This document shows positions 9,708 to 20,279 of a stretch of 64,000 nt of DNA, in pieces (position 1 is the first letter of the stretch; every line of letters starts with the position of its first letter). The position numbers and the translations under genes are program-made. Below the pieces are notes generated by a model that was not told the origin of the DNA, ran no database searches, and worked only from the letters and a program-made list of their open reading frames with translations. Source of the DNA: a virus (lineage: Duplodnaviria; Caudoviricetes); the IMG/VR virus record IMGVR_UViG_3300005611_001698, positions 1-64,000 of that record. One strand, 5' to 3'.

Positions 9708-10277
9708 TTAGTTAAACAGAGCTGCATCAAGTTCATTAAAACCTGCTGGAATATTTAATCCTGTCAGTCCTGATCCATCTCCACTAAATGAAGTTGCGGT
9801 AACAACTCCTGCTGTTACGTTACCAAGAGTAGAAATACCAGCAACAACGAGAGAACTGGTGCTGACATCAGCAGTGGTAATACCAGAACTAATAGAAATA
9901 TCAAGTTGATTGCCACCTACATCAGTAACAGCAGCACCAACAAAGTTTAAAACATTAACACCAGTGCTTCTTACTGATGTGCCAGCAGAGGAAATACCAA
10001 GTATTGACTGTCCAATCGTAAAGGCTTTATATGCAACGATTTCAACAGAATCTCCACTTTGTACTGCTGATGTGATTCCAACTACACTGCCATCTGTGGC
10101 ACTATAATCAGAAACATTAAGCAACTTAACACCATTTAAATATACATCCAAATATCCTGGCGTATATCCAACATTAAATGTAAAGTTTGTTTGAACTCCT
10201 GTTGGATTGTAGACCTGACGGGCAATGATAACTGGCGTGTTGTCAGGATTATTGCCAATATATCCGTATTTTGCCAT
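9708..10277 (-). CDS. Fibre-like virion protein with a QT.F..Y..LDVYLNG beta domain
   Basis: GYIGNNP start, QTNFTF..YTPGYLDVYLNGVKL..GDSVEIVAY, VVTATSFSGDGSGLTG; start overlaps the upstream stop. Confidence 0.7.
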   Translation of the reverse strand: MAKYGYIGNNPDNTPVIIARQVYNPTGVQTNFTFNVGYTPGYLDVYLNGVKLLNVSDYSATDGSVVGITSAVQSGDSVEIVAYKAFTIGQSILGISSAGTSVRSTGVNVLNFVGAAVTDVGGNQLDISISSGITTADVSTSSLVVAGISTLGNVTAGVVTATSFSGDGSGLTGLNIPAGFNELDAALFN

Positions 10278-10828
10278 CAGCTAACTCCTCTAAGGAAACT
10301 CAGACTTACGTCAAGTGCATTATCAGTGTTAGTTGAAACGGAAATCGTGCTACCAATTCCAACAACTAACTTACCACCATCAGAAATAACAAGTGATGAA
10401 CCCTCAGGAATAGGTGCATCATGAATGATATTAATATGCTCGTTATTATGTTGAGAAAGAATGACAGATGCTCTTACTTGTCCAGTTGTATTATTGGAAA
10501 GAGTCCCGCCAACAAGAATACTCTTCTCAGTTGGCGTATCAATACTTGTTACAGTATGAAATCCAACGATTTGACCGGTAAGAGCAGTTGTATTAGATGA
10601 AGTTTGATCAACAGTGATTTGACCACTGGTTCCAAAGTTAGAAGCAACGTCAACAGATTTAACTCTCGTACCACCAATAAAGTTTGGATGGTCAACTAAC
10701 ATATCAGCACTTACGTTAAACGTAGAAATGTTAGTAATCGTAGTTGCCTGAGCACCGATTGAAGCAGTGGTGACCGAACTGGTAACACCTATTGCCCTAG
10801 ATGATGCATTTGCAAATGACTCTGCCAT
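10277..10828 (-). CDS. Small beta-rich virion protein, putative adaptor (family 1)
   Basis: IPEGSSLVI..KLVV..LDVSLSFL resembles the C-terminal half of 6537..6950. Confidence 0.6.
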   Translation of the reverse strand: MAESFANASSRAIGVTSSVTTASIGAQATTITNISTFNVSADMLVDHPNFIGGTRVKSVDVASNFGTSGQITVDQTSSNTTALTGQIVGFHTVTSIDTPTEKSILVGGTLSNNTTGQVRASVILSQHNNEHINIIHDAPIPEGSSLVISDGGKLVVGIGSTISVSTNTDNALDVSLSFLRGVS

Positions 10829-10851
10829 TGTTCTTTAATTCCTTTGTGTAT

Positions 10852-11943
10852 TTAGCCGCCAAGGGCAATAGCAAGACCGATTGAAATACCAGGTTGAATT
10901 GTTACTGTTGTGATTCCAGATGTTACGTCAGTAATCGCAGTAATCGCAGTTCCAGTTGTTGATTTAAAATCAATCGTGGAAGTTGCTGTACTAATAACGT
11001 TAGTATCACTTCTAATACCAATCGTGCCACCACCAGAAGCAGTGACTCCTGTTAATCCAGCACCACTACCACTAAATGAAGTTGCAGTAACGATACCAGT
11101 AACATTTAAACCAGCAATAGAAAGAGTCGCAATACCAAGATTAGTAAGAGTATCGCCAGTTCCAACAACAACAAGTTCACCAACATCACCAAGAGTAGAT
11201 ACTGTTGCTAAACCAGATACTGCAAGATTTGTAATGTCAGTGTCAGTTGCATCAAGATATGTAATCGTACCGACGCCAGTAATGTTACCATTTCTAGCAG
11301 TAAACTCATCAAATACTAAGTCATCAGTGACATAAAGATCACCACCAACATAAAGATCACTTTGGAAAGTACCAACACCAACAAAAGTAGATAAACCACC
11401 AACTCTTATATCACCTGAAATGTCTGCAAATGAGTTGATATCTACATTTGAAGCAAAAGTAGAAAATCCACTGACATTAAGATTATCTAACTCAGTATGA
11501 CCATCTACATCAATATCACTGTAAAATGTTGCAATTCCAATAACAGATAAAGAATCATTAAAAGTTGAAACTCCAACAAAAGTAGAGAATCCAGTGACTC
11601 TTACGTCTTTATCAAAAGTTACATTTTCATTAAATGTAGAAACTCCTGTTACCTTAAAGTTGGTAACAGAACTCATTCCAAGAACATTCAGTTCATTAGA
11701 AACAGTGGAAAATCCACTGACATTAATATTGTTATTAACTTGTACTTGGGAAAACGTTGCGTATCCAGTAACTCTTAAAAGAGACGATACAACATCCGTT
11801 GCTGCGATGGCACCTTGTACGTCAAGTTCGACCGTGGGCAGTGTGCTTCCAATACCAACCTTGCCAGTGGCAGAATCAGCAAAGATTTGGTTAGTATTAA
11901 CCTCTAAACCGTTCTTGACAACAAAATTTTTGTTAATTGCCAT
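10852..11943 (-). CDS. Tail/virion fibre protein
   Basis: MAINKNFVVKNGLEV start, repeated V.G.STF units, DVDGHTELDNLNVSG, VTATSFSG, C-terminal IGLAIALGG. Confidence 0.75.
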   Translation of the reverse strand: MAINKNFVVKNGLEVNTNQIFADSATGKVGIGSTLPTVELDVQGAIAATDVVSSLLRVTGYATFSQVQVNNNINVSGFSTVSNELNVLGMSSVTNFKVTGVSTFNENVTFDKDVRVTGFSTFVGVSTFNDSLSVIGIATFYSDIDVDGHTELDNLNVSGFSTFASNVDINSFADISGDIRVGGLSTFVGVGTFQSDLYVGGDLYVTDDLVFDEFTARNGNITGVGTITYLDATDTDITNLAVSGLATVSTLGDVGELVVVGTGDTLTNLGIATLSIAGLNVTGIVTATSFSGSGAGLTGVTASGGGTIGIRSDTNVISTATSTIDFKSTTGTAITAITDVTSGITTVTIQPGISIGLAIALGG

Positions 11944-11976
11944 CGGAGTTCACTATCCCCCCAGTCTATGTTTTAT

Positions 11977-13101
11977 TTATGTCGATGTGACTCTAGAAAT
12001 TTTTATAGATCCATTATTGGGGGAAATGTTTCCACCAAGCTGAGTTGATAACACAGATACTGCTGAACTTGCCCAGCCAGATCCACCAGCACCACCATCA
12101 CGATTAACTGATGCATTTCCTCCCTTTACCCCAGAACCACCAGCTCCGCCTTCCAAGTATCCAAAACCACCATTATTTTGATCACCATCATCACTCAAAT
12201 AAGTTGCACACGATTGCTGTCCCGTTGAATTATTGACACATCTTCCTACAGTTCTCACACCAGTTGTTGGATAATTTGAATTATCTGTTTTATTATCGCC
12301 AATATCTATTGGTGGAACAGACTGAACCGATAATCCACCATTTCTTCCATTTCCTGCCTCACCTGCAACGTTTAATCCACCACCAGATCCACCTGAACTA
12401 TCAATTCCATTTCCACCTCCGCCACCGACAACAGATATCAGTGTTCCGCCTCTATACAATAAAGTAGAACCTCCGCCATATCCTCCCTTGCCAGAAAATA
12501 CTCTTCCACCACCGATACTATTATTTTCTGGATCATCAGCAGTCACTCTTTTTCTACTACCAATTCTAAGAGTATGAATTACACCTTTTTGAAGAGTATA
12601 TCTAATCGTTCCAACTCCACCGTCACCACCACCAGATGATGCAAAGTTATATCCTTGACCAGAGGATCCTTTCATTTCAATATCAACGCTTATATCTTGC
12701 TCTTTAGCATAAACTTGCCAAAGTCCAGAAGACTCTGATTTTGCCTCAAATGCACTAGAGGAGAGATTCCAGTCAAATTGCTCTGATGATGGAAAAGATC
12801 CATTAGAATTAATTGAAGAACCCTTTACCTTGGTTATTCTCAAAATCGGTCTAGCACCCCTTAATAAAATGGTAAAAGATTCTGAAGTGACTGAATCGGC
12901 ATTTGGATGACTTACAACAACATCATATACTCCAGCAGTCAGAGTTGAAAGAGTTGCAGTCCCAGAAGTTGTGATATTTGAGACAACAGTACCATCTTTT
13001 CTCCAAGAATATTGAAGTAACGCAGGATCACCAGAGCTAATATTTGCCTTTGCAGTCAGAATAACAACTGTTCCTGAAGCAAATGTTCTTGATTTTGCCA
13101 T
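11977..13101 (-). CDS. Virion protein with an Ig-like segment and a glycine-rich domain
   Basis: LQYSWRKDG..LT..AGVYDVVVS (Ig-like) followed by a Gly-rich region. Confidence 0.6.
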   Translation of the reverse strand: MAKSRTFASGTVVILTAKANISSGDPALLQYSWRKDGTVVSNITTSGTATLSTLTAGVYDVVVSHPNADSVTSESFTILLRGARPILRITKVKGSSINSNGSFPSSEQFDWNLSSSAFEAKSESSGLWQVYAKEQDISVDIEMKGSSGQGYNFASSGGGDGGVGTIRYTLQKGVIHTLRIGSRKRVTADDPENNSIGGGRVFSGKGGYGGGSTLLYRGGTLISVVGGGGGNGIDSSGGSGGGLNVAGEAGNGRNGGLSVQSVPPIDIGDNKTDNSNYPTTGVRTVGRCVNNSTGQQSCATYLSDDGDQNNGGFGYLEGGAGGSGVKGGNASVNRDGGAGGSGWASSAVSVLSTQLGGNISPNNGSIKISRVTST

Positions 13102-13102
13102 A

Positions 13103-14287
13103 TCAGACCCTCGTTATCGTGAAGTTGCCATTTCCAGTGTTTGATGCTGTTCCGAAAGAACCATTACTGATTTTAGATGGATGTAGATAACCAGATCCAC
13201 CACCACCAGCACCATCAGCACAACAACCATTATAAGGGTTGCCAGCAGCACCACCAAAATATCCACCACCGCCACCGCCAGCACCAGATCCACCTTGTAG
13301 AGCAGAACCGCCTCCAGCACCGCCAGTTCCAGCAGATGTTTGAGTTCCTCCTCCACCACCTCTTCCAGGAGCATTTCCTCCATTTCCACCATTTAGTCCG
13401 CCACCAACACCACCTACAGCAGGATCATTAGCACCACCACCACCGCCACCAGCAATGATAATAGCATTTGCTTGTGCTACTGTAGACTCAAAAAGGCCAG
13501 TAAATCCACCACCACCGCCGCCAGCGCCAGATCCTCCACCACCATTTCCACCACCAGAATAACCACCGGCACCACCAGTTACCCCAGCACCACCTAATCT
13601 TAGTTTATAGGATACCCCAGATTCAAATACAAAATCACCAGTAGCATTACCACCATTTCCACCAGCAACACTTCTTTCTATAGATGAACCACCGCTTGCT
13701 CCATTTGCCGTGAGTTTTGCTACAAAAGTTCCTCTTGGGATTAGAGTATATTCAATTCCAGCTGTAAATGCACTAAACGTAGATTCATCTGCTGACAGAT
13801 TAATTTCTGTAGTTCCATCAGTACCAGCAGGAGATAGATCAATTACAAATTCATCCGCAGGAACACCAGGAGTATCAGTATCTGGTTGAGATGTAATTGA
13901 TATAAGTGATTTTACAGATAATGTAACGGTATCAGAAGATAGAGGAGAATTGAGAGCTTCTGGTTGGAACGTTTGAATTCCAACTCTGGTTGAATCTGGA
14001 TAGAAAATAGCACGTTGAGTTATTTCTCTACCACTATCAGAAATATCGGTTAAGTTGGACAAAGTGAGTTGAGTTCCAACTCCTATTACACCAGTGCTAT
14101 CTCTCCACTCATATCCAAGAGTTCCAATTCCTGGAACGTAATAATTTACCGTAGCAATACCAGTTAAGGTAGTGGATCCAAGGTGGGCAATGGATCCACT
14201 TGATTCTGGTTGAGTTACATATGCAATGAAAGGTGGATTTAACCTTACATTAGTTTGAATCTTTCGGCAAAACGCTAAGGGACTCAT
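13103..14287 (-). CDS. Virion protein with an Ig-like segment and a glycine-rich domain
   Basis: YVTQP..YEW..LTLSNLT, ITSQP; IIIAGGGGGG..GGGGGGYFGG..GGGGSGY. Confidence 0.6.
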   Translation of the reverse strand: MSPLAFCRKIQTNVRLNPPFIAYVTQPESSGSIAHLGSTTLTGIATVNYYVPGIGTLGYEWRDSTGVIGVGTQLTLSNLTDISDSGREITQRAIFYPDSTRVGIQTFQPEALNSPLSSDTVTLSVKSLISITSQPDTDTPGVPADEFVIDLSPAGTDGTTEINLSADESTFSAFTAGIEYTLIPRGTFVAKLTANGASGGSSIERSVAGGNGGNATGDFVFESGVSYKLRLGGAGVTGGAGGYSGGGNGGGGSGAGGGGGGFTGLFESTVAQANAIIIAGGGGGGANDPAVGGVGGGLNGGNGGNAPGRGGGGGTQTSAGTGGAGGGSALQGGSGAGGGGGGYFGGAAGNPYNGCCADGAGGGGSGYLHPSKISNGSFGTASNTGNGNFTITRV

Positions 14288-17200
14288 CCGAAGTTCTGTC
14301 CTCCTGATACACCGTAGAATGATGAACCGCCATCAAAAGTAATAAAGGTGTAAATATCAGTCTTGTCAGCAGTTGTAGTAACAATTGGGATCACAGATCC
14401 TGACCAGTAAACAGGAATGGCAACACCACCACTATCCTTAAATGTATCTATACCAACAGCATAACCGCCAGTTGAATCTTGTGTTACTTTTAAAGTAAAG
14501 GAGGAAGATTCGGAAGGAATATTAGTGATGGTAAATTGAGTGATGATATCATTTACATTAACATCAAAAGTTTGTGCTTGCGAAAGATCAATCGTAACAA
14601 TGTTTGATGATGGGGAAACACTTTGAACTGCTTCAAAATATGTCTTGAATCTGGTGCTGCCATCAACATCAAACGTTGCACGTGGAGTGATTGTTCCAAC
14701 ACCAACTGCGGATCCAGAGGCATGGAAGACTGTTCCACCAACACCAGCACGGAGAGTTGATGTCGCAGTGATGATACCAGCATTGATAGTACCAACACCC
14801 GACAATGCAAACTGATTAGAGATGAACTGTCCGTTAACGTCTAACAATCCAGCAGGTGAAGTGCTATTAATTCCTAATCTGCCCGTTGTAGTAATACCAA
14901 GCAGTTCAGTTCCACCAGAATCTTGAACCTTAAATGCTTTATCTGTGGTAGTTGTACCAACACCAACTGTCAGAAGTGCATCTGGAGTTGTCGTTCCGAT
15001 ACCAACAAAGATATCACTTCCAGCACCGCCAGTGTAAATACCAGACTTAGCACCAGATGCAGTGCTAGTTGAATCCCATTTAGAATCGGTTGGAAGATTT
15101 GTAATGAATCTACCATCACCATAGAGATATGTTCCAGCAGTAATGAATCCAGAGGCATAGATATTCTCTTCAACATGCAAGTCATACTGTGGATTTGTAG
15201 TTCCTACACCAAATGAACCACCCAGAGTTACAACTGCTGTGTCACCAGTATTGATAAAGAGTTCTGAATTACCAGTTGTAGTTGTTCCAATACCAATACG
15301 ATCAAAAATGCCAATACTTTCTGTGGTTGAAGCACTGACATTACCCCATCGATACCAACCGTTATCGGTAGTATAAACCCATCCAATAAATCCACCTTTT
15401 GCAGGATTTGCATTGAATACAACGTCACCAGCATTACCAGCAAGTGTTGGTTGAGAAATACCAACGGTGTAGTTTCTAGAAACTGTGGTTGTTCCTTGCA
15501 GGAAAAGTGAATTAGCTTCAAGTCCACCAGCAGCAGTTGATGTTACTTTGCTGTTAAAAATAACAGGACCATCAAACTCAGAAATGAGATTACCATCAGG
15601 ACCACCTTCAACTTTAATCGATCTTGAAATCGTAACTTCGAGAGGAGTCAGAACGTCAAATCCAATGCTAACTCCGGTATCACCAACCTCTTCACCAACT
15701 ACTGATGGAATAGGAGCATCAAATACTTCCTCTTGTCCAGTAGCAGAACTAACTTTCTTATTGCCGATAAAGAAATCTCCATCGTTATTCATACCAGTAT
15801 AAACGTTGATACCACCGTCATACTTGGTTGATTGACCTAACAGTTCTTCCTGCGGAGAAAGTTTTCTGTCATTTCTCTCTGGTAGAGCAGTTGAATAGTT
15901 ACCAGGACCGAAACCAACATATTCAAATGTATGTCCAGAAGCACGGATGATAGAGTTTCTACGCAGTTCAATTGGGTAACACTTAACTCTCTTAACAACG
16001 CTATTGACAACATGTGATGTTGCTCTGGTTCCAAATATACCTCTGAATACAGAGATTGGATTGGAAGGAGCACCACCAGATCCATCAACACTGCTTGTAG
16101 CAGTTGTTGACTTGATACGCATCAGTTCTTCATCAACTTGGATGAAATCACCAATGTTCAAATCAAGTTGATCAATATCTTGTATTGAAATCGTATCAAT
16201 CGTTGAGTTAGCAATAGCAGCAGATAGAGTTGTTGTAATACCTGCATACTCATAAAGCATACGACCATCAATATTTTCATCATCTGCTGTTACGACTCCA
16301 CCAAAGGAGGATACTGCATGTTTATAAATTCTAGCAGTTCCAGTTGCAGGAGTTGTAGTTCCGACTCCAATAGAAGCAGTAAACGATGTAAGTCCAATAA
16401 TACTCTTAACAACAAAATCACCGTTATAGAGAGAACTTGCTGCCTCAGCAATCCTAATCTTATTGTTTACACTTAGACCGTGACGATCAACACTTGCAAA
16501 AGTAGCAATACCAGAACCAGCATCATAACTGAATCCAGAAATAGCAACACTCAAACCAGAGTTTTTGATGATCGAATCTTCACAAGATGCAGATCCGATT
16601 CCAATAGTTTGTGCTAAACCAACAGTTGTTGAAGAAACAACTTTAATTTCCTTCTCTTGTCCAATGGTGATTCCACTAATCTTATATAAAGTATTGTAAG
16701 ATTGGAGTCCAGTTGATCCGATTCCTTGAACATCTAATACTTCATTAGTTACATCATAAATCTTTTCAACTTGAATCACAGCATCAGTTACACCAGCAAG
16801 TTTTGGAATATTGTTGATGGTCATCGTATTACCGATGGCATACGCGGAACCACCATCAATAATCTTGATATCACTAATACCACCAGCAGGTTCAACTGTA
16901 ACTCTTGCAGTTGCGTTCTTACCAATGGTAGATCCAGCAAATCCCACTAATCTAGCATTATAATAGGTCTCAGTAATACCAGATCCAACACCATAGTTTG
17001 CGCCACTGCTTGCGATACTTACAGAAACGATTCTGTTTAAACCATGATCAATATTAGTAAAGATTGTATGTGCAGTTCCAGCTGGATTTGATTGAATATC
17101 AGTGATACCAAGACCAACAAGAGAACCAAACTCAGAGATTCTTGCAAATTCACTCTCTTTTGTTATGCTATGTTGCGGATCATCAATTGTTATCTCACCA

Positions 17201-20200
17201 ATCGTTGAAGGAAGTGCATGAGATTTTGCTACAATCGCATCAGAAACTGGATTATCTCTATTGGTTTGGGGATAGAAGAACTGAATATTTTGATTGAATC
17301 TATCGCCCCTAAATGGAGCAACAGTTGGTGAAATAGAACTCTTGGTAAACAGAAGATGATATACACCATCTTGTTGACCAGTTTGATATCTCTTGATTTC
17401 CGTGGATCTATAAAGACTTAAAGTTTCACTTGATTTAAACCTCTTAAATCTCGGCAGTTCTGTGGTTCTAACGCTTGTTGTGTTAGTAAACACACCAGGA
17501 GATGTGCTAAGTCCAATAACAAACTGTTTAGCACTTGTAACTCCAACAACAGAGAAGTCTCTATTGAATCCAGTTCCAGCAACACCAGTTGCGTTATTGG
17601 TGCTCCTTACATTGACCAAACTAACTTGCGATCCAACTGTTAAACCATGAGGTTGTTCAGTGTCAATATATGCAAATGGTGAAGAATATGTACACGTTGA
17701 AATATAAGATGGGTTTCTTAATTCACTAACGTTATTAAGAGTTTTTGTGCTATTAGAATATAAAAGTTCTACTTCTGCATCATTTCTAGCACCAGTATCA
17801 TTTGATTCCTGAATCACATATCCATCAACAGGAGGACGGGCAGAGGTGATTCCAGCTGCCGCAGGAATTACATATCTTACTCTATAAATCGTATCAAGTA
17901 ATGCTCTATCATCCTGTTTCCTAGTGATATATGTTCTAGGAGTTGCATCACCAAGATTTGCAGTTCCGAGTCCAACGATTTGACCATGTAATGTATTATC
18001 TGTTGCTGCTGTTGATACGTTTACATACCACTGTCCAACCGTTGAGTCAAACTGAATCGGGTGTCCAAGATCACCGGAGTTTTTATCAGATACTCTGGAT
18101 TCGACTCTCAGACTTCCGCCAAGACTGTTAATTCCAATAGCATCAGCAGCAAGAGCAGCATTTAGGGAAGTTGCAACCTGAATTTGATTGTTACCACTAA
18201 ATCCAGCATTTGCATTCTCTTTGGTAATAACAAAATAAGTTCTGTTTGGTCTCAATCCATCAGGAATCGCACCATTATCAGAAAGAATACGGATTGTCTC
18301 ACCATTGATAAAGTTATGATCACTTGTAAGTGTCATAATGTTGGAACTAATACTGTTAAATCCAACAGCTCTTCCAACATATGCAGTTTTAACTGATGAA
18401 TACTGAGTTGTGGTAATGCCATTGATTGGCATTGTGATTCTTGCTTTATACTCAGTAGCAGTTCCGCTAACACTTAACTGTGCTTTGAGTTCATCATTAA
18501 TCTTTGCACCAAGTCTATAACCTTCGATTACATTATTTGGTTTGCTGTCAAGATTAGTTCTATTGTAAAGATAAAGTCTGCCAGTAGACCCTACACCAAC
18601 AGCAGTTTGATATACATCAATAGCATCAAATTCAACTGAGGTATTTGTTGTTTCAAGTTCTCTTGGAGGAATAATATGAGTGATGTATCCAACATCATCC
18701 TTTGCAAATGTATCTTTCTTAAATCCTTTGGTAACCAGTGATTTTGCACCAAAGTTAGAGTTAGAGTTTGTAACTGATTGGTCACCACCAGATTCCGCAA
18801 CAAAGTGTTGTGCATGACCAATAGCAAAGATAGAAACTAACTGTAAAACAGAGTCGTTAGAGCACTTAATATGGAAGTTTTCATATGCTGGTTTATAAAC
18901 AGCACGGGAGTCACTGGAAAGATTTGTAATTGTTGCTGCATCATCATATGAACCAGTGGTTGAGTTATATTTTACAAATGCATTGTTGTCTTTTTGTAGA
19001 CCAATACCAGTAAACTGAGCAACAACCATGGACTTAAATCCTGTTGCCTTGCTACCATCAGCATGAAGACCGCACATGCCGAAAACAGATCTCAGTGAAA
19101 TATTAAAGATATAAGGAGACGCTGAGGTTACAGTATCAACAACAACATTAACATTAGCATTGGCAGGATTCTCTAATGCAGTGGCAGGAGCATTGGAAAC
19201 ACTGTAAGTAAACTCAGTTGTACTTGTAACGCCAGCACAAACAAAGTTGCCATTATAACCAGATGCAGTAACACCACTAATTCTAATCGGAGTATCTACA
19301 TCAATACCAATGTCTCTGATTGAAGAGTTAGTTTGTACAGTGATTGTGGTAGTAGCAGTTACACCATCACCAGCTTTGATGGAGGAAATACCAACTTCGG
19401 CACCCTTAGAACCAACGATACGATATTCATCAATCTTAGGTTGAATATCAATATTACCAACAGGATAATCTGGCGAAATAGGTCTGCCAGTTGCATCATC
19501 ATATACATCAGAGATCTTTTCATAATACATTTCAAGATCAGTTCTGGTCTCAGCAATGTTCAGGAAACCATCATCAATCACAATATTGTTTACACCATCA
19601 GCATACTCAAAACAAGTAAGTTTGTGGTGTGAAAAGTTAGGAACAAAAACGTTATTTGTATAATCTTTATAACATGTGCTATTTGGATCAGCATCAAAGA
19701 TAGAAAACTGCCAATAATAAGACGCACCAGTTACGCGGAAAATAGCGGATCTTTCAATCGCATCATTTTCTGGATTTGGAACATACTTTGGTCTAATCTT
19801 CGTCTTTCTCAGGTCCATACCCACCAGAGATGTACCTCTGGGGATAATCACACCACCGTAAATTGAGTTTAACTTATAAAGGTCGTTATCAGCAACAGTG
19901 AGATCAAAGTTTGATGTCAAACTAAAAGGAGAAAGGATCAATCCAGAAGATCCGTTTCTATTTCTATATTTTGCGACTCCTGTTCCATCATCATAAGGAA
20001 TCCATCCTGGTCTGTTGTCAACAACATGATCACCAGGATAAATGAGGATTGTGGTCTTGCCGAATCTATCGTTATCTAGACCAGATTGATATGAAAATCT
20101 TGCTGCTTCAATCAGTGCCCTTTGAATCGTTTTAAAGGGGCGAGTGAGTGAATTACCTTGGTTCTCAATACTATCAGTAGCATCAAGATCATTAGGATTT

Positions 20201-20259
20201 ACATATAGAATATTGCCTTTGGCATTCTTTAAAAAGTTTTGAAGTCTACTGAGACCCAT
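14284..20259 (-). CDS. Large virion structural / tail-fibre protein (1991 aa)
   Basis: MGLSRLQNFLKN..ILYVNPNDLDATD..RPFKTIQRALIEAARFSY N-terminus typical of cyanomyovirus fibre proteins; IGIGTT.P repeats near the C-terminus. Confidence 0.8.
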   Translation of the reverse strand: MGLSRLQNFLKNAKGNILYVNPNDLDATDSIENQGNSLTRPFKTIQRALIEAARFSYQSGLDNDRFGKTTILIYPGDHVVDNRPGWIPYDDGTGVAKYRNRNGSSGLILSPFSLTSNFDLTVADNDLYKLNSIYGGVIIPRGTSLVGMDLRKTKIRPKYVPNPENDAIERSAIFRVTGASYYWQFSIFDADPNSTCYKDYTNNVFVPNFSHHKLTCFEYADGVNNIVIDDGFLNIAETRTDLEMYYEKISDVYDDATGRPISPDYPVGNIDIQPKIDEYRIVGSKGAEVGISSIKAGDGVTATTTITVQTNSSIRDIGIDVDTPIRISGVTASGYNGNFVCAGVTSTTEFTYSVSNAPATALENPANANVNVVVDTVTSASPYIFNISLRSVFGMCGLHADGSKATGFKSMVVAQFTGIGLQKDNNAFVKYNSTTGSYDDAATITNLSSDSRAVYKPAYENFHIKCSNDSVLQLVSIFAIGHAQHFVAESGGDQSVTNSNSNFGAKSLVTKGFKKDTFAKDDVGYITHIIPPRELETTNTSVEFDAIDVYQTAVGVGSTGRLYLYNRTNLDSKPNNVIEGYRLGAKINDELKAQLSVSGTATEYKARITMPINGITTTQYSSVKTAYVGRAVGFNSISSNIMTLTSDHNFINGETIRILSDNGAIPDGLRPNRTYFVITKENANAGFSGNNQIQVATSLNAALAADAIGINSLGGSLRVESRVSDKNSGDLGHPIQFDSTVGQWYVNVSTAATDNTLHGQIVGLGTANLGDATPRTYITRKQDDRALLDTIYRVRYVIPAAAGITSARPPVDGYVIQESNDTGARNDAEVELLYSNSTKTLNNVSELRNPSYISTCTYSSPFAYIDTEQPHGLTVGSQVSLVNVRSTNNATGVAGTGFNRDFSVVGVTSAKQFVIGLSTSPGVFTNTTSVRTTELPRFKRFKSSETLSLYRSTEIKRYQTGQQDGVYHLLFTKSSISPTVAPFRGDRFNQNIQFFYPQTNRDNPVSDAIVAKSHALPSTIGEITIDDPQHSITKESEFARISEFGSLVGLGITDIQSNPAGTAHTIFTNIDHGLNRIVSVSIASSGANYGVGSGITETYYNARLVGFAGSTIGKNATARVTVEPAGGISDIKIIDGGSAYAIGNTMTINNIPKLAGVTDAVIQVEKIYDVTNEVLDVQGIGSTGLQSYNTLYKISGITIGQEKEIKVVSSTTVGLAQTIGIGSASCEDSIIKNSGLSVAISGFSYDAGSGIATFASVDRHGLSVNNKIRIAEAASSLYNGDFVVKSIIGLTSFTASIGVGTTTPATGTARIYKHAVSSFGGVVTADDENIDGRMLYEYAGITTTLSAAIANSTIDTISIQDIDQLDLNIGDFIQVDEELMRIKSTTATSSVDGSGGAPSNPISVFRGIFGTRATSHVVNSVVKRVKCYPIELRRNSIIRASGHTFEYVGFGPGNYSTALPERNDRKLSPQEELLGQSTKYDGGINVYTGMNNDGDFFIGNKKVSSATGQEEVFDAPIPSVVGEEVGDTGVSIGFDVLTPLEVTISRSIKVEGGPDGNLISEFDGPVIFNSKVTSTAAGGLEANSLFLQGTTTVSRNYTVGISQPTLAGNAGDVVFNANPAKGGFIGWVYTTDNGWYRWGNVSASTTESIGIFDRIGIGTTTTGNSELFINTGDTAVVTLGGSFGVGTTNPQYDLHVEENIYASGFITAGTYLYGDGRFITNLPTDSKWDSTSTASGAKSGIYTGGAGSDIFVGIGTTTPDALLTVGVGTTTTDKAFKVQDSGGTELLGITTTGRLGINSTSPAGLLDVNGQFISNQFALSGVGTINAGIITATSTLRAGVGGTVFHASGSAVGVGTITPRATFDVDGSTRFKTYFEAVQSVSPSSNIVTIDLSQAQTFDVNVNDIITQFTITNIPSESSSFTLKVTQDSTGGYAVGIDTFKDSGGVAIPVYWSGSVIPIVTTTADKTDIYTFITFDGGSSFYGVSGGQNFG

Positions 20260-20279
20260 TGTATTACGACCAGATTTTT

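Noticed and set aside
2694-14287. Possible diversity-generating retroelement or shufflon acting on the adhesins
   Set aside because: No reverse transcriptase, recombinase, or template/variable repeat pair differing only at adenines was seen by eye
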